DNA of 64,000 bases from Chrysomallon squamiferum (GCA_012295275.1 CM022675.1:10602001-10666000), one strand, 5' to 3'. Counted from the first letter of the stretch, positions 14,992 to 31,653 are shown. Notes: a model not told the origin generated them from the sequence alone. Numbers and translations: made by a program.

Positions 14992-15594
14992 ACAAGAAAG
15001 AGAAATAAACCAGCAGAAAAACAAAGAAAAACATCTAAACAAAACAAAAATAGCTGAGTGAAAGATTTACAGTCGCAATGACGGAGGCAAATTCATAGGA
15101 ATAAGTAAGAAGACGATTTTAAAAATTGTTTTAACACAGTATTGTTAAATAGTGCGTGTGTGTGCGCGCGTGTGTTTGTGTCTGTGTGTGTGTGTGTTTG
15201 TATTTATATATATCTATCAGTCTATCGATTGTTCTTTCTTTCTTTCATTCTGTCCTATCTTTCGACATAAGAATACAGAATGCAGTGACTTTGTATTAAA
15301 TCATTTGACGTACACGTATCATTTTCAAAAGCATAGCTCGAAGTAGTTTATCATAAAATTCATTTATCTGTCCCTCATATCACGATGTTTGTTTAAGAAT
15401 CTCAAAACAGAAATCAGTTAAAGATTTATATCTTATTATTTTCAAACCTTTAACGGTTAAAAAAATATGTTACTTTTTAACGTTAAATAAATTAAATAAA
15501 TAAAAAATAAACAAATACACAAACAAACAAATAAATAGATAAATAAATAAATAAATAAATAAAAATATTAAAAAGATAATTTGATCTCTCTATC

Positions 15595-15640
<46 letters not shown>

Positions 15641-16344
15641 ATGTTAATTTTACCAAAAAACCTATATAATAATAACAATAACAATAAAAATAAAATTAAA
15701 ATAATTACCCCACAAAAATTCGTAACCTAAAAATCACAGAAAATCAATACCCCACCCTGCCAATTAAAATCAAATAAATAAATGAAAAGAAAAACAGATG
15801 CTTCCCCATTGAACACGAAAAACAATAACTACAAAATTATTCCCTAGAGGAATTTTTTTTTTCTTTTTAGCCCCCTCTTATTTTCACCAAATCTTTTGAC
15901 AAGCAATCCTGGCAGCAGATTCCAGATTTATCTGCGTAGTCAAGCGAACGTGATTGAGTATGATCGTGTGTATGTTTTGACCATCTCCGTTGACTTCATG
16001 ATGATCTTTTGTTGCAGCTCGTGCATTCACACACGAGCCACCATCCATCACAGATCCGTGTTCATGTGTGAAAAAGCACACGACAGCTTCATCTCGTCTC
16101 GCTGCACGGAAACACTGGGGCGGGAAGTCGCGAGACGCGCCACGTGGAAAGCAGAGCGAAAATTAGCAGACGACAGCGCACTGCGCAGGTGCGAAACTGT
16201 ATGTGTCTTTTTTTTCGTTTAAAAAAATATTTTTATTATTATTTTTATTAATTTTATTTTATTTTATTTTATTTTATTATTTTATTATTTTTATTAATTT
16301 TATTTAATTTTATTTAATTTAATTTAATTTAATTTAATTTTATT

Positions 16345-16429
<85 letters not shown>

Positions 16430-16449
16430 ATTTTATTTATTTATTTATT

Positions 16450-16500
<51 letters not shown>

Positions 16501-17116
16501 GTTGCTGTTTTTTTTTTTTTTTTTTCAGTTACAGTTCTTGGATAACTGCAAGAATGGCGGGCTTTCTGGGATATAATTATAGTAATAATAAAAATAATAA
16601 TAATAATAACAACAACAACAACAACAACAATAATAATAATAAAAATAATAATGGCAACAACAACAACAACAAGAGGCTCAGTAATACTAATGATGATGAT
16701 GACAAGAGTATTAAATATATAAGTAAGTAAGTAAGTAAATAAATAAATAAATAAAAATAAATTCAAAAGATACACTGCATATTTCACAGACATATTTCAC
16801 GAGACAAATAAAAATAAAGCGCCATATTTTTCGTTTTAATTTTTAACGAGTGTTTTAACTTTATTTAAAAACGGGACGTGCATTTTTAATACCCTCATTT
16901 ATCAAAAGATAATCAGATTTCAACCCGCACACGTGCATGCATATTTTGCAATTGTGTGCTCTTTTACCACGGGCCTTGCGTCATGCACACACAAGCACAC
17001 GCACACGCACGTGCGCGCACAGAGCAAGCGCTGCGACTTTATTTGACATTAAACTTAAACGAATGAACAGACAGACGTACGTACAAACACAACGTCTGGG
17101 TCCTTAAGACAGCTGT

Positions 17117-17150
<34 letters not shown>

Positions 17151-17284
17151 ATTTTAAATTTTAAAACTTTTTTTTTTTTTTTTTTTTTGACATTTCTGTT
17201 TTTGTTTTTGTTGGCCAAACGATGTCGTTCTACGACTCGAAACAAAAAGAATTAAAAGTAAGAATCTATGCTCCTTGGTGTAAA

Positions 17285-17520
17285 TTTTGACAAATGGCGG
17301 ACAGATTTCCTTCTGACGCGTGGAACTGAACGCTGCTCGCCAGAGGGCGCTGATTTGGGACCGGAAGTGAAATCTTCGCCCACTTCGGTGTCGCCATTTT
17401 TCACCTGAGCGGCCGCTTAATTTTTGTGGTTCCGTAATTAGCGGCAATTACAGCGAATTTCTCGTCGAAGCCTCTGATAACGATTCATCACTGTCAACAT
17501 TTTTCAATATGGCGGAGTAC
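17285..17520. promoter_or_regulatory. CpG-rich island with CTCF-like motif, three YY1/Pho motifs and an ETS motif
   Basis: TCGCCAGAGGGCGCTG about 17337-17352; CAAATGGCGG 17291; CGCCATTTT 17392; AATATGGCGG about 17506; CCGGAAGTG 17361. Confidence 0.55.
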
Positions 17521-18260
17521 GTTGAACTCCCGGGTGTCTTAATCAGTCGTAAAGTTAAAAAAAAAAAAAAAATTATTCTATTTATTTTTTATTTTTTATT
17601 TTTTTATTTTTTATTTTTAAATAATAAAATAAAATAATAAATAAGAAAAAAAGATTTCTTACTGATATTTTTTTCACAGGCAGACAGACAAAAAGTTTTA
17701 TATTATTAATTTATCTGATTTTTTTTTTTTTCCGCCACTCATTTCTTTTTTATTATATTTTTCATGGATTTTTTGTTGTTTTCTTGTTGTTGTTTTGTTT
17801 GTATTTTTTAACATATATCTCAACATGTCTACAAAATATTAGTCATTGTAGTGTAATAAATAAATAAATAAATAAATAAATGAAATATATCAATCAATCA
17901 ATTAATAAACAAACAAACAATAAATGGCTAAATAAATAAATGAATGACTAAATGAATATAAATAAATATATAAATAAGACAAGATAAAATAAATTTGAAA
18001 AGTCAAAAAAAACAACAAGAACAAAAAAAAAAAAAAAGAAAAAAAAAGAAGAAAAAAACAACAACAAGAAAATGAGATAAACTTGTAGGAACAAAAACGA
18101 AATGTTACAGTGATATATTTGAAAAATTAAATATTTTAATCCTTGTTTTTTATTTTCTTTTTCAAAAAAAGACTTATTTTCAAAAATATTACTTAAATTA
18201 CATTATTAATGCATTTGTTTTCTTTACTACTCTTTCTTATTCATTCATTCTTTCTTTCCT

Positions 18261-18292
<32 letters not shown>

Positions 18293-19746
18293 TATTTCTT
18301 TCTAACTGCAAAAGCAATATTTAACATTAATTTCCTTTCTCTTACTTTTATTATTATTTTAGTAAAACGAGAAAAATTCGTTTGAGTTTTAATTTTGCTA
18401 AATCAAATTATTCAGTACATAAATATGATAAACTTATATTATTTATTTTGACTTGCTGTTGAAATTGATTTTTGAATATCGGAATCACTCCATGTTACTT
18501 ATTTAAAATTTGTTTGAAATCGAATTTCAGTAAATGTTTCTATAAGGATTCTTTTACGTTATATTTGTCGGTATTCATAAGAAGGTTGTAGTCACTGCAA
18601 ATATAAAGGTTTGAAGGTATATTTAAATAAACTAGTAAATAAATAAATACATAATGAAAGAAATAAAGAAAAAAAAAGAAAAGAAAAAACATAGGTAGAA
18701 AGAAAGATAGAAAAGCAAACAGTCAAACAAATAAACAACCAACCAAACAAACAAACAAACAAATAAATAAATATGAAATAAAAATTAAAAATACTTAAGA
18801 AGTAAGTAAACAAATTTAAAAAAAGAAGTAATTTATTAATTATATGACAATACACAATTAAAAAAAAAAAATAAAATGAAAAAAAAAAAAAAAAAATAAT
18901 AATAAAATAATTATATGAAATAATAAAAAAATAAAAATAAGAAAATAAAAAAGAGGAAAAATATCCCGAAAGAAATCTTTCAAATATTTTTCTTTTTCTT
19001 TCCTATATACCTTAAACGGGCCCCCAGGCAATCGATTTCTTTTTGCAAAACCGTGATTGAACTCTTGTTAGTTTTAATGGAATTTTTTAGGCGGGGCCGC
19101 ACTTTGTATTGGACCGTGTACTGCTTACATTAGACCCCCTGTTTTGGATCAAGCTTGACGGATCGTAAATCGATGGCTTTGTGAATGCCGTAATGTTCTT
19201 CACAGCCTTTTTGTGATCCAAGAAATTCGCTTTTTAACCATGGCAATAAGACCGAGAGCCGGCCGAGTAGAACAGAATATCGGCTATTTTGACGGGAACC
19301 GAAACAGACGGCTGATTGATAGGCAAATGTATTTGAGAACATTAACGTATCAACTGACCCTGAAATGTGAAATTTAAATGTGTGCTCTTTCGATATGAAA
19401 CATCAATGATTGAATAAAAAAAAAAAAAGAAAAAAGAAATCACGAAATCTACATTCTTAAACGCATGGATGATTCATGCGCGGGAATATTAATTAATTAA
19501 TCAATTCTTTTCTCGTTTCTGTTGTAAATAACGGAATGAAACTGTTCGGCCCCGCCTTTGGACGAAGTCTATTGTTGAGGTGACATGTTTATGTTCGTGT
19601 GTTTCCGTGAGTTTTCTTTAGTTTCGCAAATAACTAATATATTCTTAATTCTTGACTCGTGAAAGAGAAAGAGCAAATGTTTGAATAACTAAAAATGGAG
19701 ATATAAAAAAACCTTTTTTTGTTGTTTTTGTTTGCAGTTAATGGTA

Positions 19747-19786
<40 letters not shown>

Positions 19787-20933
19787 AAAATAATAATAAA
19801 AATATCTTGATTTTTTTTTTCTACAATATTTGAAACAATATAACAAACAACAACAATTAAACAATAACACAGAGACAAATAAATAGAAGAATTTAGCAAA
19901 TTATTTTTCTCTTTCACTCTTTCTTTGTCTCTCTTTCTGTTTTTCTCTCTCTCTGTATATACCTCTCGCTCTTACACACGCATACACTTTTTTTCTTTTT
20001 TTCCCCCTTTTATTTACGCTCAAATTGAAATATATATATACGATAAATATATAAATCGTTATAAAAGAAACATAGGGAGCAGGGGAAAAAAAATTAAAAA
20101 ATGATACCATTATTTTTTATTGCTGTATTTTTTAATTTTTTTTTTGTTGAATTACTTGATGAGTCAGTGAAATTATGATTCAGAATTTCTGACTGTTTTG
20201 AAATGAATACATTATTATAATTTATATACGTGTTTAATTTTGTGTGAGTATGTCTGTTAATGTATATATGCATGTCATGTATATATAATGTGAATCTGTA
20301 TTGAAATAATATATTATTTTGTCCTTTATTTATTTTTTATTTTTCGTATAAATAAGAGCAATTATGCAGCATTCACTACATCCCCCTCAAACTACACACC
20401 TACGCAAAACCTTCAACAACACAGTGACAACACTTCAGACACGTAACTATACTCACACGCACGCACGCACACTCAGTCACATGCTGTAACAGTAAACCAT
20501 TTTGTTACAAACACTCGCGAATTCGTCCAGGCTATTGACATTTTACAGCGGCACAGTAATTAAATACATAATTAGCTCTGACCACCATCACTCGAAGTTT
20601 GTAAACAGTTAAAGAGAATGACCGTTCAAGGGGAAACAATCCAGTACAATTTATTAACATGACAAAACGAAAAACCTACACAACAGCTTTGTAAGCAGGA
20701 AAAGGAAAGATAACCGAAAAGAAATAGTCTACTTTGGCTGAGCCTCGTGGTAACATTTTCCAGTCGAGATGATTATTTATCGATGAAAGCGTCGTGCTGA
20801 TAACAGACCAGTAATTATAACACATAATGATTGATTCTAGGTTCGAAAATATGAAATCATTATTTTCTTTTCTCTAAAAAAGGTACTTAATTATCTTATT
20901 TGTTGTAAATTTTACAGAAAATGTTTTTTAAGT

Positions 20934-21008
<75 letters not shown>

Positions 21009-22487
21009 TGAGTGAGAGAGAGAGAGAGAAAGAGAGAGAAAAAGCGAGAGAGAGAGATAGAGAGAGAGAGGGGGGACTTACATACACAAAGTCATTTATT
21101 TTATTTTATTTTTTATTCATTTGTTTATTAAAAGCATTTATTCTTAAAGATTTATTATTACTTTTTAGATTAGTTTGTTTATCAGAACGTTTTATTCTAT
21201 ATTCTGCACAGTATAATTTAATACACCATATAGGTATTTTGGTTATTTATGTTTTCAAATTGTATTTTTATTTATTCTCTGTTTATTTTACTTTATTTTA
21301 TAACTCCTAAAATATAGTACATAACTTTTGACATTACATTTACAGATTATTAATTTTATTTTATACGAAATTATTGCATTTACTTAAATATATTTCATTT
21401 AATAAATTTTCATTCATTCATTCATTCATTCATTCATTCATTCATTCATTTATCAGTATATTATATATTCATTTATTTATTCATTTTTATCCCTATTAAT
21501 AACATTGTTTAGTATATCAATTTGGGAAATTAATAATTAAATAAATAAATATAATAAATAAAAAAAATAAAAAATAAAACCCCCAAAAACCGTTCCTCTT
21601 TTATTACACCACATAACCATAATCTTCACCACAAATCACACATTTTTTTGTTTTTATCATCATCTTCTTCTTTTTTGTGAAAGAAAACAAAAAAAATCAC
21701 ATATTTCACTTTGTTTTCCGCAAAAATGTTTTTGTCCGCCTTTCTTTTGAGAAATGACTTTATCTGATGCCGACACTTGTGATTTATCCGGAGGATGCTT
21801 TGAAATCGTCCGGAACAAGACGGACAATTTGCTTGGCCCTTCGTACTCGGTCAGAGAAATTAACTGCATGACTAAATTGGATTCTTTAACCAATTCTAAG
21901 GGCGGCTTAACGTTGGTATTGAGTTAAAAGGTTAATAACGCCGCTAAAATGAACGGATTTGTAAGAAATTACCGTAGGAAAACGCTTCTGCGAATCAAGA
22001 TCGACCATCTTCGTGTTAATTATTCGTGTTGGTCCTATTGTCGTAATGTCGTCTGCGGAATGTTTTTGGTCGGCAATCCACAGGACTTAGTATCGAATTC
22101 TTGTTACAAATGTTTAAAAGGAAGAATTTCTGTGCCAAGATATTTAATTTTCTTTTTGTCCTATTTTTTTTTTTTTTTTTTTTTTTTTACTGCATGTTGA
22201 ATTTGCTTAGTTTTTCTTCTGTTTCGTTTTTTTTTCGTTTTTTTCCCCCCAATCTCATATTTATCTTTATAATAATCAGAAAAAAAGAAAAAAAGAAGAA
22301 AGAATGGAATTAAGAAAGATAGAAAAAAGGAGAGATACAAAATTACATGAAGAATGGACAGGTAGTTAGAAAGAAAGAGAGACAGATAAAATGGAAAAAA
22401 AGAAAAAGTGAGATAGATTTATAGATTGATAGATATAAAAAAAGAATAAGAGAGACAGAAAGACAGAGAAAGAGAGATACAGAGAAA

Positions 22488-22549
<62 letters not shown>

Positions 22550-22844
22550 ATCACATTTTGTTTAGTTTATCTTGAGATAAAAACGTCACTTCTTTATTTA
22601 GGTTTTAAATTTCACCATAAGCAATAACATCAGGATTTATTATTTGTTTTCATTTCTTTATAAATACACACACAGATATCCTACTTAATAAAAAATTGAG
22701 ATGTCAGGGATGTTATTTTTATATAATAATATCCATCATCAGCCATCATCATAGTAATAACACTACTACTAATACTATTACTACTAAATTTAATAAACTC
22801 AGTGCCATTTCATAAACTCTTTCTGTTTTAAATCTGTTAGCAGC

Positions 22845-23035
22845 GAGTGGTCTTCTATAATGAACCTTCTCATAAACATAAAATCACACCATACTGCATT
22901 ATATAACATAAACTAGTTAGAAAAACACAGATAATAACTTGAAATAACCTAATGGGTACGCTAATAAGGTTTGAACCAGCGACCTGCCCATCACAGGTTA
23001 AACAGACATCTAAACGAGATTCTTACAGCCCGTAT
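22845..23035 (-). mobile_element. Degenerate SINE remnant, reverse orientation
   Basis: ttagcagcgagtggtcttctataatgaaccttctcataaaca aligns with the 1545-1585 copy; ggtttgaaccagcgacc is a reverse B-box-like element. Confidence 0.4.
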
Positions 23036-24603
23036 TTCAGGGTCACTTACTTCTCTTTCTCTCTCCTGTTGATGCACATGGCTAAAGAGTTTTCTACTGC
23101 TGTGCATGTGTAGAAAAAAAACAAGGAAAAACTTTACTAATTTCAAAACGATTGGTAAAATATGTATACATGATAACGTTAAAATTACTGAGTTAACAAT
23201 GATTTATGTATATTTTATTCTCCCACGGAAACATGCAAATAGAAAAAAAAAAAAACCTTTGATGTGTTTGAGACTGATGGCAAAATGCTTGAGTTTGTTT
23301 TAGATTCAGAATGTTTGAAAAGATTTGTGATTATGAAATTTTGTCATAATCTATGTATGTCTGTATGTGTGTCTGTGTATGTCTGTGTATGTATGTGTGC
23401 ATATATGTGTGTATGTGTATATGTATGTATGTATATATGTATTTATCTCTCTGTATGTATGTATGTATGCATGCATGAATGTTCATATGTATATATCTGT
23501 ATCTATATATACACGTACGTATGTATGTGCGTGTGTATCTTATGAATTTGTGTATGTATGTATGTTTGTATGTATCTGGTAGTATATATGTATGTATGTG
23601 TGTGTGTGTATATATATATATATATGTATGTATGTATGTATGTATGCATATATTTATGTATGTATGTATGTGTAACTGTATATAACATTTTCTACTACAA
23701 TCATTATTTCAAACTTTTGTCTTTTTTTCCCCACAAAACTACGTAGAAAGTAACACCCACTGAATTGTTTTGAAACAAAAACAACTTTAAACAAATGTTG
23801 CCATGAAAACATGCCAAAAAGCGTGTAAATCCTATACATCAACGTCAGAGGAGAATGAAATGAGAATCTATATAATTAAAAAATTATTTCAACACGTTAA
23901 ACAGATCTCGTAAGGCGTTAATTGCAGGGTAGATAACACAAACTAATTAACGCTTGGAAAAAAAAGAAGATGATCAGATTTGAAAAAAAAAAAAAAAATT
24001 ATCAGAACTGTGTCCTAAAAAGTGTAAAACAAAAAAAAAAAAAAAAAAAAATCCTCTTAAGACTTAATCACGGGTTTTCACCGACGTCGTGGCCGCTGAC
24101 ACGTGTTACAACGACTCCGAACGTTGTTTCATCTCCTCCAACGACAATGGGACGAGCGGAAATTGGAATTTAATGACGTCGTCGTGTTCAAAAGGACTAC
24201 CTCGGTCGGCAGTTGTCCCAGCCATTAAAACAATCGAGGTGGTATTTGCGCACAAAGGTATTATCACTGTAACCTCTGTTTGGGATGTCCCCGTGGTGTC
24301 ATAAGCCAATTCCGATTAAGAAGGTTTTAAAATAATGTTATTGTTTTGGCTGAGGGTAACCTTTAAACGGTTATAGCCCCGAGGGGACGCGGGTGGTTCA
24401 CGTAGACAGAGAGAGAGAGAGTGAGAGAGAAAGGGAGAGAGAGAGGGGGAGGAAGGTTATTACAGGATGCGTTTAGAAATCTAAAATAAACGCCTTCAGG
24501 TTGTGTGTGTGTTTGCTCGTTTAGCTGAATCTGTTGTTTTTGTTTTGTTGTTTTTTTGTGTGTGAATTTAGAGGCGAGAAACAAAAAGAGAGAGAGAGCG
24601 GTT

Positions 24604-25731
<1,128 letters not shown>

Positions 25732-26663
25732 TGATCATGAGAGAGAGAAAAAAAAAACACCCAATAAAATGACCATGAAAGGAAAAATAGTTGTATGAAA
25801 GAGAAAGGAAGACGGAAAGAAAGAATGTTAATTACAGAGGTATGAGAGCGAGAGATTGATGGAAAAATAATTAAAAAACTATATTACGCAGTAATTAAAA
25901 TGTCTGTCACATCTAGACATCTAGATAAACATTCAGAGACACTCAGACAGACAGACACACACAGACACACAGACGCGCTGATAAACAGAGATAATTCACA
26001 CACGTTACACTGACTGTGCAATAACAGTCACCACTGCTTGTAATAACATCAACTACAACTGTAAAGTCGGCAACGATGACGACCCTGATGACGATGATGT
26101 GGTTTACTGCGAGATGATTTGATAAGGGATGTCTTTATGGTTGCTGCTGCTGATGATGTTGATCGTTGCGACATCATTATTTTGACCATAACTTCGTAGT
26201 ATGATGCTGGTAATTAGGTGAATGCTGGCGCCATTTTTAACTTTTAACCTACAGCAATATCTTCTGTGTGGAGGAGTTTATTACATTTTTTTCACAATCT
26301 AACTCACATAGTATAAACTTCTGTAAACGAAACATACAGACTTTTAGCGTTAAATTTTTTTTTTTTTTTACACTTTTATTTTGACTTATTTTCCCGTTCT
26401 AACCTCAGAGAAAGAACTATAAGCATTACTATTAGTTTAACTAAAAAGAAAACGCTATCGATTTCAGCTTCTTTTCCCCTGTTTCTGTGTTATAAATAGT
26501 ACAGATTAATATGCAATTAATTATTTTTCATAATGTTATTATTATTTCATTTAACTTAATTTCGTATTCCGGCTATTTCCGTTAATGAATCAAATTTTAA
26601 TAAATTTTATTCTCTAATTTTCCTGTTTTTTAACCATAACAGAACTCACAAAAGACCCCACAA

Positions 26664-26696
<33 letters not shown>

Positions 26697-27199
26697 AAGA
26701 AAAAAAAAAAGTATATATATATTTATAAAATTATGACATCACATTATTTTTTTTTCACTTTTACTTATTCTTTTCTCATTCATCCAGTTTTGATACACAA
26801 TAATGCTTTCATTACTTTTATTATATAAGTTTTACTTTTTCGAATGGAAACGCTATGGTGTATTTTCATTATAAAATTTCTGTTTCCAGTATTAAGCCCT
26901 GCTCGTTTAGTTAATTCTTTAAGCCCGTTAAACCCGGGTACCTGCGACTTAGGGATCAAACTATCACAACATCACGCTTGTTTACGTAAAAGCTAATCAG
27001 ACTGTTTTGTAAACAAAGACAACAAATCGCACCACTTCGCCAGACAGATTTCTTCCAACAAAACATCAAAGAAAAGAAAACATCAAAGCACCCCTGTTTA
27101 TTTATTTATATATATATATTTTTTTAATTTTTAATTTTGTTTTTGTAAAAGATTTATGATTTGTGTCCGGTTTTTTCCTTTTTTTCTTTTCTTTTTTTT

Positions 27200-27745
27200 T
27201 TGGAATGTATCTAAATGTGATCTGTGTTTTGAAATGTACATTTTTCTTTTCATGTTCGTTTTGTTGTAGAAATGTACATTATACATTATTGTCCCCACAT
27301 ATATCTTTTCTTTCCTTTTTTCTTTCTTTCATTTTTTTAAATTTTATAGAAATAAATACAAATAATGAAATGTATTTTACCTCCATTCTTACTTATCTTT
27401 TTCTTGAAATGTGTCCATATATTAAAATGTACATTGCTTTGTAACAATTATTTATTTTTTCCCATGCATTTTTTTTTTCTTTTTCTTTTTTCACACATTC
27501 ATCTAAATAATGAATTCATACAATCTATTTCTGGGTTCATTTTCTTTTGGAAATGCAAATATTGAAATGTAAATTGCTTTTCCATATTTATCTTCTTTTC
27601 AGAAATTCATCTACATATTGAAATGCAAATTGCTTTGCCATATTTACTCTCTTTTCAGAAATTCATTTACATATTGAAATGTAACTTGTTTTGCCATATT
27701 TTAAAAATAATAAATTTGAAATTCATTTACATATTGAAATGTTTT
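27200..27745. repeat. Degenerate tandem repeat with a period of about 56 bp
   Basis: atattgaaatg recurs at about 27559, 27615, 27671 and 27731 with a shared gaaattcat.tacat context; older gaaatgtaca copies lie upstream. Confidence 0.7.
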
Positions 27746-29096
27746 TGTGTATTTCTCTCTTCTTTTTCAGACAGATTAGTATTCCCTTGAACAATAGAAA
27801 GATGACTCACTAAAATAAATAAATAAATAAATAAATAAATAAATATGAATAAATAAAGAAAAGTAAGTAAATAAATAAGTAAATGAATAAATAAACTATA
27901 TTAAAATAAAATAAAAAAACAAACAAAATAATAAATAAGTAAATAAATAAATAAATAAATAAAATATAATAATATAAAATAAACAAATAAAATAAAATAA
28001 AATAATAAATAAATAAATAAATAAAATAAAATAAAATAAGAATAATAAATAATAAATAAATAAAATAAATTAAAATACTAACTAAAAAAAAAAAAAAAAA
28101 AAAAAAAAAAATAAATAAATAAAAAAAAATAAAATAAAATAAAATAAATAAATTAAACACCACGCAATGAATTACAACACATCACACAACACAACACAAC
28201 ACATTAAAAGTAAAAAAAAAAAAAATAAAAAAAAAAAAAAAACGATTTAAAAAAAGAAACCAAAACAACAAAGACGTAAAACAACGAACAGTCGCGACCG
28301 CACAACGAAAACAAATCGAATCTGTCGTAACTGATTGTCTCAACGATTGTTTCGCTGCTCTGATTTGGCTCGCGCAGAAGTCCCGTGGGGGCTACCACGT
28401 CGGCATTTGTCGCCACGCCGTGACCGGAGTTAGCAGGAAATTAACACTCGGGGTCCCCCCAACCCCCCAGTCGGAGATAATCTTGTAAATTTCATTTTCG
28501 GCCAGAAGCAAGAGAGATCACACGTTGCCCACTGGGATTTCGGCTGTCCATTTCACCAACGTGTTGATTTCAAAAGCAGGGGAGTGGGGGGAGTGTGTGC
28601 GTGTGGGGCGGGGGGTGAGGGGTCAGTTGAAGATAATGGCACGGACACACGTAAAAGCTCGTGACGTAAAAACTGATAACGTCATAATATAAAAATACGT
28701 TACACTCGTACAAGCTTGAATTTTGTCGTTACTTTGAGATCGCTCGTTTGTTTGCAGCTTTAGCCTGAAGCGCTGTTGGATCTTAGGATCGACTCTTCTT
28801 CAGGTGTGCGCTGTCCATGAATCGCGTTTCGTTTGTTGCTGGTGTATGAAGCTCATTGTTTGATATGTGATTTCCTGTCTGTTGGAAAATATAAAATGTT
28901 TGTATTTCGTGTGTGCTGGTGGTTTAATGTTTCCTCTTTCATATCATCATTAAAAAAAAAAAAACCAATAACACCCCAAAACAATAACACCCCCAGAAAA
29001 AAAACAAAAACAAAGAAAAAACAAAATCAAATAAATAAACATATGTATATTTGTGTGTGTGTATTTATCTGCATTCTACCATGAATGGATGTAGGT

Positions 29097-29194
<98 letters not shown>

Positions 29195-29876
29195 GTTTAA
29201 GAGTATAACTATAGCTGTTAATATTTTCATTAGTTCTATAAATAATATTTTTATTAATTTATGTTGTAATCTTATCAAGATTTAATTGTGTTTGTATATA
29301 TGTGTGTGTGTGTGTATGTGTGTCTGTATGTGTTGTGTGTGTGTGTGTATGTGTGTGAGTCTGTATAGAAGGTTTATCTCTGTAGTAAATCTTTTTTTTT
29401 TTTTTTTGAGGCAAAATGAGTTTATATTTTATATCAGTGTTGTAATTTTTATTACCCAGACTGTGATGTGAAACCTAAACAAAGCTGTAAAGATATGTTC
29501 CATGTGATATGGTTCTTTGTGTAAAAATATACACCTCAGGTGTCTACGTAATGACACTAATACAGTCGTTTCGAATTTTCTGTTTTAACTTAAAAATGTT
29601 GTAAATGGTTTTAATAATTTACTGTGACTGTCTGTTCCTTTGATTTTGCTTACGTTTACTAGACTTTTATATGCAAGTTTATATAAATACTTTTAGGACG
29701 AAATAAAAAATGTGTAAAATGAAAAGAAACGAAACGGAATGAGATAAAAATAAAAATAAGACATGAATTAAAATGTAATAAAATGAAATGAAATAAAATA
29801 AAATAAAAAATGCATTAAAATGTAATAAAAAAAAAAAAAAAAAATATAAATGAAATGAAATGAAATAATAATAATA

Positions 29877-29943
<67 letters not shown>

Positions 29944-30784
29944 TCATAATAATAGTAATTTAAAATAAATAAAATAAAATGAAATTAAATCGTTTATGTT
30001 TATAAGTTTGTGCCTTGGTAAACTATCCATTCAGAATTTGATTTTAATAAAAATTCCAGAAATTATATCATTGACTAAGAATATATTTTCTTGTTGACTA
30101 CAGTATTTTTATAAATAATTCCCGTTCCAAGAGAACTCCTCATACGAATGGACAAAAACGTGCGTAAATGTTTTACTGATAAATGTAGCTGGTTTCCTCT
30201 CTAGCAAGTTGGGTTATATACTGTTTTCCATTTGAAATTTTCCTTCTTGTTTGTTTATTATTTTAATCCTTTTTATTTATTTTTATTTACATATTTATTT
30301 GTTTTTATTAATACAATTATTTATTTACTTATTATTTATTTTTATTTATTTATTTATTGATTTATTGATTTATTGATTTATTTTATTTTATTTTATTTTA
30401 TTTTATTTTATTTTATTTATTTTATTTCTTTAAATTATAATTTTTACTATTTTATTATTATTATTATTATTTTTTTATCTATTTGTTTGCTACAATACCA
30501 TTCATAAAACTAGTTTTTAACCGAGTATCAGTTTATCTGATAAATATCTGTGTCTGGCAGAGTCTTTAGACCAAACAAACTTGTAAAAAAAAACATTAAT
30601 ATAATCTTCGGTTCTCTTCATAATTGAAAACATTAACATAATCATTTTAATATCTATCAGTAGTTTAAGATAAAAGTGATAATACTGTGGAATATTACGG
30701 CTATTGTTAATGTTGTTGCTGGGGCTTTTTTTATTACTGTTGTTGTTGTTGTTGTTGCTATTATTATTATTATTATTACTGCTG

Positions 30785-30829
<45 letters not shown>

Positions 30830-31604
30830 TACTATTATGTTTATAATTATTATTAAAGTCCTTTAGATATTTTCAGCGAAAGAAAGGCTATTATTCTTAT
30901 TATTTTCAGTTAATAAATAAAATTTTAACAATGATTACTTATTTATTGGTTTATTTAAATTTTCTGTTGTCAGTGATCAAACTCACTTCATCTCGACAGT
31001 TAAATCAGCCACCATTCTATTTTCTAAAATTTATTTTTTGATTTCTAACATCTTCATCTTTCTTGTAGTTGTAATCTAAAGCAACTTAATCAATAAACAG
31101 AAACATTTTAAACAAAAAATAACAACAATATCTTGAATATCTTTTGAATAATCATTTACTTAGAAACAGAAAAAAAAAAAAAAAAAAAAAAAAAGAAAGA
31201 AAGAAATATCACAATTCTTTGTCATTTGCGCAGACATTAGATACAAAACAACACATCTATTAATAACTAATATAATTCTATCTACCCACATGCAGACACA
31301 CACACAGAGGTACAGCTTTACAAACCGAGGGAGGGAGGGGGAGGGATCGAGAAGGGGGGATGAGGAGGGGTGGGGACATCAACCTTTGAGAACACAAAAC
31401 ATTTGTACACACTTCGGCCACGTTACCCTGAATTTTCCAATATGTCGGACATGCTAAAGGTTTTGTCTCACTGCACGATTTGAAATAACCCAAATTTCTT
31501 ACTAGATTTGAAGAATATATATTTTTTTTTTTTCTCAAGATTTTGTAAACAGATAAAAAAAATAATAAATAAATAATAATAGTAGTAATAATAATGAAGA
31601 AGAT

Positions 31605-31653
<49 letters not shown>

